Translations under genes and position numbers: made by a program
NCBI GenBank assembly: GCA_964562345.1
Contig: CAZLTA010000001.1
Span: 1 to 26,354 of the forward strand
Source of the DNA: an uncultured Planctomycetia bacterium
Lineage (GTDB): Bacteria; Omnitrophota; Gorgyraeia; Kaelpiales; Kaelpiaceae
DNA: 26,354 nt
Reading direction: 5' to 3'
Part shown: positions 1 through 10,625 of the stretch, in pieces
How positions within the stretch are numbered: position 1 is the stretch's first letter
Layout: each line of letters opens with the position of its first letter
Notes under the pieces: generated by a model
What the model was told of the DNA's origin: nothing
Database searches by the model: none
Seen by the model: only the letters and a program-made list of their open reading frames with translations

Positions 1-1509
1 CTCTCCTGCAGCATAGCCTTCGGCAGGTATGTAGGAAATTTCTTTTAGCTTCAATGCCCCTTCTAATGCGGTAGGAAAATTGTTATTCCTGCCTAAATAG
101 AGAAAAGCACCAAAGTGAAGAAACCTTCTGGCAATTTTCTCGATGTTTTTATAATCAGCCAGTATTTTTTTCTGGGCTGCGGGAATATTTTTAAGCGCTG
201 TAATTGATTTCTCTAAAACGCTTTTCCCTATCCTGCCCTTAATCCTTCCTAAATACAGTGCAAACAGATAAAGAACCATTAATTGCGCCGTATATGCTTT
301 TGTTGAAGCTACTCCGATTTCAGGCCCTGCATGAGTATAAATAGCGGCATCTGTTTCTCTTGTAAGAGAGGCGCCTGCAGTATTACAAATAGAGAGGGTC
401 TTAATTCTGTTTTTGCCCGCCTCACGGACAGCAGCTAAAGTATCTGCTGTTTCTCCGGACTGACTAATCGCAATGATTAATGTATTAGACTTAATCACCG
501 GTGACCGATACCTGAACTCGCTGGAGAAATCAACTGTTACCGGAATCCGCGTTAGAAATTCCAGCGCATATTTCCCAATCAGTCCGGCATGATATGCCGT
601 ACCGCAGGCGACTATGATTATATTATCTACTGCCTGAAGAAATTGTTTATCTATATTGAGCTGGTCAAATTTAATCTTTTTTGAAGAACCGGTGTGCTCT
701 AAAATCAAACGGGATAAAACCTGCGGCTGTTCAAAAATTTCCTTGAGCATAAAATGTTTAAACCCCTTTTTAGTCGCGGGATCGATATTGAAGGAAACAG
801 TTTCTGTCTTTAAAAAAACTTTCTGATTCTGCAGGTTAAAAACATCTACAGTATCTTTTGTAACAACCGCAATCTGCTTATCCTGTAAAGATACGATTTT
901 CCTTGTGTATTCTAAAATCGCAGGGATATCTGATGAAACGAAATTTTCTTCATCACCTATACCAATGGTTAGAGAAGAACCATTGCGGGCGGCAAAGATT
1001 TTCCCCGGCTCATACGCGCTCAGCACACACAGAGCATAAGAACCTTTTAATTCCCGCAAGGCTTTAATAAACGCCGCTTTAAAATCGCCTTTGTAATATC
1101 TGCTTATTAAATGAGCAACTACTTCAGTATCCGTATCGGATTTAAAACGGCATCCTTCTTGCTGTAAGTTTTTTTTTAAATCCGCGGCATTTTCAATAAT
1201 TCCATTGTGGACCAGCGTAATATTCCCGGAACCATCACTATGCGGATGAGCATTTTTCTTCGAGGGTTCACCGTGCGTCGCCCAACGTGTATGTCCTATC
1301 CCGGTATAACCGGGCATTTTTTTCGCTTTTTGCTTTAAAATCTCCTCCAGATGAATAATCCTGCCTTTGCATTTTACAACCGATATCTTTTTTTTATACA
1401 TCACAGCAATACCGGCAGAATCATATCCTCTATACTCCAGCTTTTTTAAACTCTGCACAATAATGTTTCTTGCCTGCTTGTTCCCGATATATCCGATTAT
1501 GCCGCACAT
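1..1509 (-). CDS. glmS: Glutamine--fructose-6-phosphate aminotransferase; C-terminus runs off the window start
   Basis: Not in the ORF track; translated by hand. ATG at 1509 gives MCGIIGYIG (N-terminal catalytic Cys). GIGHTRWATHG lies near 1270-1300 and EGALKLKEISYIPAEGYAAGE at 1-63, in the same frame. Confidence 0.97.
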   Translation of the reverse strand, partial: MCGIIGYIGNKQARNIIVQSLKKLEYRGYDSAGIAVMYKKKISVVKCKGRIIHLEEILKQKAKKMPGYTGIGHTRWATHGEPSKKNAHPHSDGSGNITLVHNGIIENAADLKKNLQQEGCRFKSDTDTEVVAHLISRYYKGDFKAAFIKALRELKGSYALCVLSAYEPGKIFAARNGSSLTIGIGDEENFVSSDIPAILEYTRKIVSLQDKQIAVVTKDTVDVFNLQNQKVFLKTETVSFNIDPATKKGFKHFMLKEIFEQPQVLSRLILEHTGSSKKIKFDQLNIDKQFLQAVDNIIIVACGTAYHAGLIGKYALEFLTRIPVTVDFSSEFRYRSPVIKSNTLIIAISQSGETADTLAAVREAGKNRIKTLSICNTAGASLTRETDAAIYTHAGPEIGVASTKAYTAQLMVLYLFALYLGRIKGRIGKSVLEKSITALKNIPAAQKKILADYKNIEKIARRFLHFGAFLYLGRNNNFPTALEGALKLKEISYIPAEGYAAGE

Positions 1510-1639
1510 AATAGCCGTGTTGAAAAAATAGAAAAAGATTTTACGCAGACAATAAGCTGTATCCCCTTCCCATCCATGCTTTTGCTCTCTTCAGAGATCG
1601 GCATACTGATTGCTTCCTGATAAAGACATAGTTTATATA

Positions 1640-1712
1640 CGTCCCCAGCCGGGTTTGAACCGGCGCCGACGGCTCGAAAAGCCGTTGTCCTGGGCCGCTA
1701 GACGATGGGGAC
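1640..1712 (-). tRNA. tRNA-Glu (TTC); CCA not encoded
   Basis: Reverse complement GTCCCCATCGTCTAGCGGCCCAGGACAACGGCTTTTCGAGCCGTCGGCGCCGGTTCAAACCCGGCTGGGGACG folds as a cloverleaf. Anticodon stem ACGGC/GCCGT, loop TTTTCGA, T-loop GGTTCAAA. Confidence 0.95.
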
Positions 1713-1721
1713 AGATATCAA

Positions 1722-1791
1722 TTAACAATGTAAAATTAGCAATGCAAAGTTAACAATGCAAAATCTACGCTGCAAAATTAATAATCTAAAA
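1722..1791. repeat. Degenerate tandem array, 5 x 14 bp (10 heptads)
   Basis: In-phase units TTAACAATGTAAAA / TTAGCAATGCAAAG / TTAACAATGCAAAA / TCTACGCTGCAAAA / TTAATAATCTAAAA. One out-of-phase related copy, TTGTCAATGTAAAA, at 1864-1877. Confidence 0.85.
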
Positions 1792-1840
1792 CAAACATCA
1801 GTATCCGCGGTCTGTTTAAAATGCCTGCAGGCGGTCTACA

Positions 1841-1870
1841 ATTATTATTTAGGAAGACACACTTTGTCAA
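1841..1870 (-). promoter_or_regulatory. Candidate sigma70 promoter for tRNA-Glu/glmS
   Basis: Perfect TTGACA (1870-1865) just after the gyrA stop. The -10 is imperfect: AATAAT at 18-bp spacing or TAATAA at 17-bp spacing. Confidence 0.45.
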
Positions 1871-1883
1871 TGTAAAATTTGAA

Positions 1884-4310
1884 TCATTCTTCTTTTACAA
1901 CCTTTGCAAAAGAAACCACTTTATCTTTAGGCGCGGTCCTAACCACTCGGACTCCTGATGTACTTCTTCCTATAACCCTGATATCTCCGACAGAAGTTCG
2001 TATAATCTGTCCGCTTTGTGTCATCAGTACAATATCGTCTTCATCTTCGACAACCTCTGCTCCTATCACATTGCCTGTTTTATCTGGAAGTTTCATATTA
2101 ATAACCCCCTTGCCTGCCCGTCTCTGCATTCTATATTGCCCGGCTGCTGTGCGTTTTCCAAAACCCTGTTCACTAATGGTTACAATATTGTTTTCTCTCG
2201 CAACACAACACATGCTTACTACCCTGTCTCCTTTACCGAGATTGATACCTCTGACACCCTGAGCTCCCCGGCCCATTGCTCTAAGCTGCTTTTCGGCAAA
2301 ACAGATAGATTTACCTTTGCGTGTTGCCAAAAATACACTGCGGTTACCGTCGCTGATCTCAGCGGAAATAAGATAATCCTGCTTCTTTAAAGATATGGCT
2401 ATTATACCTCCCTTACGGGGATTTTTGAATTCCTCCAGCCGCATATTCTTTACAACTCCGCCGGAGGTAGCAAGTATTAAATATTTCGCGGAGGAAAAAT
2501 CGCGTGCCGGAATAGAAGCGCTTATATTCTCTCCCTTGGCAAGCTGCAAAATATTTACTATTGCCTTACCGCGGGCCGTCCTGACCGCCACTGGAATTTC
2601 ATGAACCTTTAGCCAGTAAGCTCTGCCCTGGCTGGTGAAGAAAAGAATATAATCATAGGTTGATGCAACGAAAAGATATTTTACAAAATCTCCTTCTTTT
2701 AAGTCCATGCCAATAACGCCCTTACCGCCTCTGCGCTGTCTCCTATACGCCGTTATCGGCTGTCTTTTTATATACCCCTGGCTTGAAATTGTTACCACCA
2801 TATCCTCTTCTGCAATTAAATCTTCTATTTTTATTTCTTTAACATCCCCGACGATTTCTGTGAGTCTTTCATCTCCATAGCGCTCCTTAACCGCCAACAG
2901 CTCTTCTTTAATCACCTGAATGACTCTCTCCTCGTTTTGAAGTATGCTTTTATAGTATTCTATTTTTTTAATCAATTCCAAATATTCCTTATCCAGTTTT
3001 TCTGTCTCCAGGCGGGTTAATCTCTGAAGCTGCATTTCCAGAATCGCCTGAGCCTGCACCTCTGATAACTGCAGCTGCTGCATCAGCTGCTCTTTGGCTT
3101 CTAATGTACTTTTGGATTTTTTAATCAATGCGATAACTTTGTCTATATTCGCCAGAGCCAGTTTTAGCCCCTCGATTATATGCGCTCGTTTTTCCGCTTT
3201 TTTTAGCTCAAACCGGGTTCTTCTTAAAACAACTTCTTTTCTATGATTCACAAATTCCGACAGCATTTGTTTTAAATTCAGCACCTGCGGCCGGCCGTTC
3301 ACCAGCGCCAGCAAGATGATGCCGAAAGATACTTCCATCTGAGTATGTTTATAAAGTTGATTCAATATAACCTCGGGATTCTGGTCCCTCTTTAACTCAA
3401 TAACAATACGTATGCCTTCTTTGTCAGACTCATCCCTTAAATCCGAGATGCCTTCCACTTTTTTTTCTTTAACGAGACCTGCTATTTGTTCAATAAGATT
3501 GGATTTATTGACCTGATATGGAATTTCTTTTACGATTATTGCTGTTCTGCCGCCTTTAAGCTGTTCTATATGCGTTTTGGACCTGATTTTCACAATCCCC
3601 TTGCCTTGAGTATAGGCGTCTTTTAATCCTTCAACCCCGTAAAGAATGCCCCCTGTTGGGAAATCCGGGCCCGTAATGTATTGCATTAACTCTTTTATTG
3701 AAATGTTAGGCCTATTTATATAAGCAATAAGCCCGTCTATTGTTTCTGAAAAATTATGAGGAGGAATATTTGTAGCCATGCCAACAGCTATTCCGGAAGA
3801 GCCATTGATAAGCAAATTGGGAATTTTACTGGGCAATAACGTCGGCTCCTTTAAACTCTCGTCAAAATTGGGCCTGAAATCTACAGTATCCTTATCCAAG
3901 TCATCCAGCAATTCCCGGGAAATTGCAGCCAGCCTTGCTTCTGTATACCGCATGGCTGCCGCCGAATCTCCGTCTATAGAACCGAAATTCCCCTGGCCGT
4001 CTATAAGAGGATATCTCATAGAAAAATCTTGCGCCATCCGCACAGAAGCATCATAAACCGCAGTATCGCCATGAGGATGGTATTTACCAAGAACTTCACC
4101 TACGATGCGGGCACATTTTTTATACGGTTTTTTGGAATCCAGCCCTAATTCTTCCATGGCATATAGGATTCTTCTGTGTACAGGTTTTAATCCGTCTCTA
4201 ACATCCGGCAGGGCTCTTCCAATTATAACGCTCATAGCATAACTGATATAAGAATCCTTCATCTCATCTTTAATATCTATCTCTTTTAACCTCTGTTCTC
4301 TGGCATACAT
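1884..4310 (-). CDS. gyrA: DNA gyrase subunit A
   Basis: [24 protein letters not shown], catalytic AAMRYTE, GyrA-box QRRGGKG (distinguishes it from ParC) and beta-pinwheel repeats. Purine-rich SD upstream. Confidence 0.98.
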   Translation of the reverse strand: MYAREQRLKEIDIKDEMKDSYISYAMSVIIGRALPDVRDGLKPVHRRILYAMEELGLDSKKPYKKCARIVGEVLGKYHPHGDTAVYDASVRMAQDFSMRYPLIDGQGNFGSIDGDSAAAMRYTEARLAAISRELLDDLDKDTVDFRPNFDESLKEPTLLPSKIPNLLINGSSGIAVGMATNIPPHNFSETIDGLIAYINRPNISIKELMQYITGPDFPTGGILYGVEGLKDAYTQGKGIVKIRSKTHIEQLKGGRTAIIVKEIPYQVNKSNLIEQIAGLVKEKKVEGISDLRDESDKEGIRIVIELKRDQNPEVILNQLYKHTQMEVSFGIILLALVNGRPQVLNLKQMLSEFVNHRKEVVLRRTRFELKKAEKRAHIIEGLKLALANIDKVIALIKKSKSTLEAKEQLMQQLQLSEVQAQAILEMQLQRLTRLETEKLDKEYLELIKKIEYYKSILQNEERVIQVIKEELLAVKERYGDERLTEIVGDVKEIKIEDLIAEEDMVVTISSQGYIKRQPITAYRRQRRGGKGVIGMDLKEGDFVKYLFVASTYDYILFFTSQGRAYWLKVHEIPVAVRTARGKAIVNILQLAKGENISASIPARDFSSAKYLILATSGGVVKNMRLEEFKNPRKGGIIAISLKKQDYLISAEISDGNRSVFLATRKGKSICFAEKQLRAMGRGAQGVRGINLGKGDRVVSMCCVARENNIVTISEQGFGKRTAAGQYRMQRRAGKGVINMKLPDKTGNVIGAEVVEDEDDIVLMTQSGQIIRTSVGDIRVIGRSTSGVRVVRTAPKDKVVSFAKVVKEE

Positions 4311-4335
4311 CTTATCTCCCCTTCGTATTGTTTAT

Positions 4336-7193
<2,858 letters not shown>

Positions 7194-7194
7194 T

Positions 7195-8289
7195 CTAAAC
7201 CAACTGCATTGGTAAAACAAGATATATATACTTCCCGCCCTGCCGGATTATCCCCGGTTTATCAGCTCCGTTAAATTCAAAAACTATTTCTTCTGTTTCG
7301 ATATTCTTGAAAACATCTAAAAGATATTGGGGGTTAAAACCGATTACCATTTCTTCCCCGCTATACTCCGCTGCTACTTCTTCCCGCCCTTCTCCCAGAT
7401 CCGGTGTAATTTTAGAAACAACAATTTTGTTTTTATACAGCTCCAGTTTAACAGCAATGGAATCGCTTGTTGTCATTAAATTTGCTCTTTTTATCGCCTG
7501 GAAAAAATCTTCTGTTTTGATTTTAAGTTTGTTATTGCTTTCTTCAGGAACAACTTCTTTGTAGTTTGGAAAATCACCTTCTATTAAACGAGTAATTAGT
7601 TCTGTGCCGTTACAGGAAAAAGCAATTTGGTTGTTTTTTTCAGAAATATTTATCAAAACAAATTCGTCCCGGCCGTCAATTATTTTTAATAGTTCCATAA
7701 CAGCTTTCTGAGGAACGATATATTTCCCTTCCCGGCCGATTTCTATCTTTTCTTCGCAGAGAGCAAGCCTTCTTCCGTCGCTTGCAACAAGTTTTAAGCT
7801 GCTGTCCTGAAAATCAAAAAGTATCCCGTTTAGAACATACCTTGTTTCCTCTCTGGAACATGCAAAGTATGTTTTAGATATCATGTTTTTTAAAATATCT
7901 GCTTTTACTTTAAATCCTTTTCCTTCTATTTTAGGAATTTCAGGGTATTCTTCCGCAGATGAACCCAGTAATTTAAAGTAACACTTTTCTCCTCTTATTA
8001 TTACACCTGAGTTTTTGGTCTCTTCAATTAAAATTTTTTCGTTTGGGATTTCTTTTAAAATGTCGTAAAACTTTTTACCTGGTGAAGTGATTTTACCAGG
8101 CTGAATTATTTCTACTGGAATCCTTTTTCTGATACATACTTCCAAATCAGTGGCTGTTATTTTAAGCTGGTCTTTCTCTGTTTCCAGTAACAGGTTGGAT
8201 AAAATCGGCAAAGTTGAACGTGAAGGAATAACAGATATTACATCCTGCAAATGCTTGGTTATGATTTCTTTATCTACATTAATCTTCAT
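7195..8289 (-). CDS. dnaN: DNA polymerase III beta sliding clamp
   Basis: 364 aa with STLPILSNLL, ATDLEV, RYVLNG, VASDGRRL, EGDFPNY, GFNPQYLLD and LVLPM. SD GGAGGTG upstream. Confidence 0.97.
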   Translation of the reverse strand: MKINVDKEIITKHLQDVISVIPSRSTLPILSNLLLETEKDQLKITATDLEVCIRKRIPVEIIQPGKITSPGKKFYDILKEIPNEKILIEETKNSGVIIRGEKCYFKLLGSSAEEYPEIPKIEGKGFKVKADILKNMISKTYFACSREETRYVLNGILFDFQDSSLKLVASDGRRLALCEEKIEIGREGKYIVPQKAVMELLKIIDGRDEFVLINISEKNNQIAFSCNGTELITRLIEGDFPNYKEVVPEESNNKLKIKTEDFFQAIKRANLMTTSDSIAVKLELYKNKIVVSKITPDLGEGREEVAAEYSGEEMVIGFNPQYLLDVFKNIETEEIVFEFNGADKPGIIRQGGKYIYLVLPMQLV

Positions 8290-8354
8290 ACTTCACCTCC
8301 TAAGGTTAGTTACTTGTAGTAAGTATTTACAATATAGTATGTATTAGTAATGCC

Positions 8355-8371
8355 TGTGTAAATGTGGATAT
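8355..8371 (-). promoter_or_regulatory. Tandem DnaA boxes next to the putative unwinding element
   Basis: The minus strand reads ATATCCACA (8371-8363) and ATTTACACA (8363-8355), each one mismatch from TTWTNCACA. They are followed by GGCA and TTA CTA ATA. Confidence 0.75.
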
Positions 8372-8465
8372 CAACATAACACCATATATTTGAAGTATTT
8401 AAAAACAACAAAACTCTTTGAATAAATGTTTTTAAAGAGAATGCTGTTTTTGTCTTTAATCCAAT

Positions 8466-8539
8466 TCGTCCACATATCCACATCTTATCCACAGACAATC
8501 TAAATGTTTTTTAAGATTTTATCCTCAAGTTTATTCACA
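8466..8539 (+). promoter_or_regulatory. DnaA-box cluster at the dnaA 3' end
   Basis: TTATCCACA 8485-8493 (perfect), TTATTCACA 8531-8539 (perfect, inside dnaA), ATATCCACA 8474-8482 (1 mismatch), TCGTCCACA 8466-8474 (2 mismatches). Confidence 0.85.
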
Positions 8540-9840
8540 ACGGTTCTTAATTTATTTTCTTTCTCACGGTCTATTTTGTTAACCGCATGTATTACCGTAG
8601 TATGGTCTTTACCGCCGAATGCGTCTCCAATGTCGTTTAAAGAAGAGTCTGTATGTTTACGGGCGAAATATATTGCCACCTGTCTAGGTAAAGCTATTGA
8701 CTGTTTGCGGGATTTACTTTTCAAATCCTCTAGCGAAATATTGAAAAATTGAGCCACTTTCCCTTGAATATAAGGGATAGACAGCCTGTTTTTTTCTTCC
8801 TGGACCATATCATGCAAAACTTTTTCAGCAAGCATAAGGTTTATTTTCTCTTCGATTAAAGTCGCCTGTGCAACAACTCTTAACAGGGCACCTTCTAATT
8901 CGCGTATGTTGGAAGAAATCTGTTCAGCAATATATACTAAAACGTTCTCAGGAACCAGCAGGTTAAATTTAAGAACTTTCTTTTTAAGGATCGCCAGACG
9001 GGTTTCGTAATCCGGTTTTTGAACATCAACAACCAGGCCCCAGTGAAACCTGGAAACCAGCCGTTCTTCCAAATCCGGAATTTCCTTAGGGGACCTGTCG
9101 CTGGAAATTACAATCTGATTGTGGGAATCATAGAGTGCGTTAAAAGTGTGGAAGAACTCCTCCTGCATGCCTGTTTTACCGGCAAGAAATTGTATGTCGT
9201 CAATCAATAACAAGTCAACAGTGCGGTACCGTTCTCTAAACTTTGCGGTACTGCGGGTTTGAATGGCATAAACCAGCTGGTTTGTAAATTCTTCGCTGGA
9301 AACATAATGGATTTTAAAATGAGGGAAACGGTTAATAATCTCATGGCCGATAGCATGTAAAAGATGAGTTTTACCCAACCCAACCCCGCCGTATATAAAA
9401 AGCGGGTTGTATGCTTTTGCCGGAGAAACTGTGATAGCAAAGGTTGCTGCATGAGCCAGTTTATTGCATTCTCCGACAATGAATTCGTCAAAAGTATTGT
9501 TCGGATTCAAGCGTTCCAAAACATGTTTAGATATTATTTCGGTTTCTTTTTGAGGAGTTTTTGTTTGTTGCTGAGAGATTATAGGAGGCGCTTGCGTTAC
9601 GGTAATCTTTATCTGGAATTCCTGTCCCGTGGTGTCTTTTAAAAACTGTAAAATCCTATCCATATACCGTTCGCGAATCCAGTTGCTGAAAAAAACGTTA
9701 GGCACCAAAAACTCCAGAGTGGTATCAGAAATTTTGTTTATCTCAAGAGGCTCTATCCAGAACTTATATGTATGGCTGCCGAATTCGGCAATCAAAAGCT
9801 CCTTAACCTCCTCCCAAAAATAAAGCTCACTTTTCTGCAT
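8500..9840 (-). CDS. dnaA: Chromosomal replication initiator DnaA
   Basis: YNPLFIYGGVGLGKTHL (Walker A), LLIDDIQF (Walker B), RLVSRF, NIRELEGAL and the domain IV motif FGGKDHTTVIHA. Confidence 0.99.
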   Translation of the reverse strand: MQKSELYFWEEVKELLIAEFGSHTYKFWIEPLEINKISDTTLEFLVPNVFFSNWIRERYMDRILQFLKDTTGQEFQIKITVTQAPPIISQQQTKTPQKETEIISKHVLERLNPNNTFDEFIVGECNKLAHAATFAITVSPAKAYNPLFIYGGVGLGKTHLLHAIGHEIINRFPHFKIHYVSSEEFTNQLVYAIQTRSTAKFRERYRTVDLLLIDDIQFLAGKTGMQEEFFHTFNALYDSHNQIVISSDRSPKEIPDLEERLVSRFHWGLVVDVQKPDYETRLAILKKKVLKFNLLVPENVLVYIAEQISSNIRELEGALLRVVAQATLIEEKINLMLAEKVLHDMVQEEKNRLSIPYIQGKVAQFFNISLEDLKSKSRKQSIALPRQVAIYFARKHTDSSLNDIGDAFGGKDHTTVIHAVNKIDREKENKLRTVVNKLEDKILKNI

Positions 9841-9848
9841 GGTTACAC

Positions 9849-9877
9849 ATTATAACAACTCGCATATATAGTTTCAA
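9849..9877 (-). promoter_or_regulatory. sigma70 promoter of dnaA with extended -10
   Basis: The minus strand reads TTGAAA (9877-9872), 17 bp, TATAAT (9854-9849), with TG at the extended -10 position. Only 8 nt separate TATAAT from the ATG. Confidence 0.8.
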
Positions 9878-9885
9878 CATTTAAG

Positions 9886-9914
9886 TTGATTTAATGCCGG
9901 ATATTCCCTATAAT
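9886..9914 (+). promoter_or_regulatory. sigma70 promoter of the rpmH operon
   Basis: TTGATT (9886-9891), 17 bp, TATAAT (9909-9914). SD AGGAGGTG follows at 9927-9934. Confidence 0.8.
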
Positions 9915-9941
9915 AGCCCGAATAATAGGAGGTGATTGTAG

Positions 9942-10079
9942 TTGAAGAAAAACTTAAAGCCGGTATCAAATTTAAAAAGAAAACGAAAACATGGTTTTTT
10001 AAAAAGAAATTCTACCGCATCAGGCCAGCAGGTTTTAGCCCAAAGGAGAAAAAAGGGAAGACATAAAATTGCAGTCTAA
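9942..10079 (+). CDS. rpmH: 50S ribosomal protein L34
   Basis: Not in the ORF track. A TTG start 7 nt after AGGAGGTG gives [45 protein letters not shown], with the KR.R.HGF..R...G..VL..RR.KGR pattern. Canonical position divergent from dnaA. Confidence 0.93.
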   Translation: MKKNLKPVSNLKRKRKHGFLKRNSTASGQQVLAQRRKKGRHKIAV

Positions 10080-10419
10080 GCCCGCGGGGCAAATCAGGGT
10101 TTTCTCCCTGAAGCCGGAAAAAGATATCCAGGATGTATTTTCAAAAGGCAAAAAATATGGGAACCAGTACAGCGTACTTTACTGCAAAAATAACGCAAAG
10201 CCTTGTATAAGGGCAGGGGTATTTGTACCCAAAAAGGTTTTCAAAAAAGCTGTTGACAGAAATCGCGCCAAGAGGATAATCAGGGAAGTCATCAGGCAGG
10301 GGAAAAACGGTTTGCAGAGTTTAGATATGATATATGTTTTAAAAAAATGCCGGAGGGAAGAGGTTTCTTTAGAATTTTTCCGCCGGCAAATAGCCCCTTT
10401 ATTACGGAAAGCGCGATGA
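10069..10419 (+). CDS. rnpA: Ribonuclease P protein component
   Basis: RNR motif [14 protein letters not shown], basic 116-aa protein directly after rpmH. The TTG start is uncertain. Confidence 0.9.
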   Translation: MQSKPAGQIRVFSLKPEKDIQDVFSKGKKYGNQYSVLYCKNNAKPCIRAGVFVPKKVFKKAVDRNRAKRIIREVIRQGKNGLQSLDMIYVLKKCRREEVSLEFFRRQIAPLLRKAR

Positions 10420-10622
10420 ATATGTTAATAACATTGGTGAAATTATATAAACGCTGCCTTGCTCCTTATGTTCCCTATCAATGTAAATATTCTCCGTCTT
10501 GTTCTGAATATTGTATTACTGCGCTTCAGAAAAAGGGTATCGTAAAGGGCGGGTTGTTAACTGCTGTTAGAATAATGAAATGCAATCCTTTGTCTTCTGG
10601 AGGATATGATCCTGTGAGGTGA
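10416..10622 (+). CDS. yidD: Membrane protein insertion efficiency factor YidD
   Basis: CKYSPSCSEY...KGIVKG......RIMKCNP...GGYDPV. Start placed at the ATG overlapping the rnpA stop (ATGA). Confidence 0.93.
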   Translation: MNMLITLVKLYKRCLAPYVPYQCKYSPSCSEYCITALQKKGIVKGGLLTAVRIMKCNPLSSGGYDPVR

Positions 10623-10625
10623 ACC

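Larger units (their letters stand above)
8290..8539. other. Putative oriC (dnaA-dnaN intergenic region)
   Basis: AT-rich spacer with two DnaA-box clusters and a DnaA-trio-like tract. Flanking operons are transcribed away from the dnaA/rpmH region. Confidence 0.85.

Noticed and set aside
1510-1639. glmS ribozyme upstream of glmS
   Set aside because: The leader is only about 130 nt, and I could not find the conserved core (AGCGCC...GACGAGG...ATCGA) on the minus strand.
1722-1791. CRISPR array
   Set aside because: Units are 14 bp, contiguous and degenerate, with no unique spacers and no cas genes.
1807-1837. GCGGTCT direct repeat flanking the palindrome GCCTGCAGGC
   Set aside because: Too short to distinguish from chance, and there is no U-tract to make it a terminator.
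8310-8498. 62-aa ORF in the dnaA-dnaN spacer
   Set aside because: It runs through the DnaA boxes and trio tract, has no SD and no protein-like features. The region is better explained as oriC.
8290-8499. Dam/SeqA GATC enrichment or an IHF site in oriC
   Set aside because: There is no GATC in the spacer. TATCAA at 8369 lacks the downstream TTR of the IHF consensus.
9841-9849. GGTTACACA as an autoregulatory DnaA box at the dnaA start
   Set aside because: Two mismatches to TTWTNCACA in the 5' half and it is isolated, so it is not supportable without binding data.
10347-10415. Longer yidD start given by the ORF track
   Set aside because: It lies deep inside rnpA. The ATGA overlap at 10416 gives the normal YidD length.
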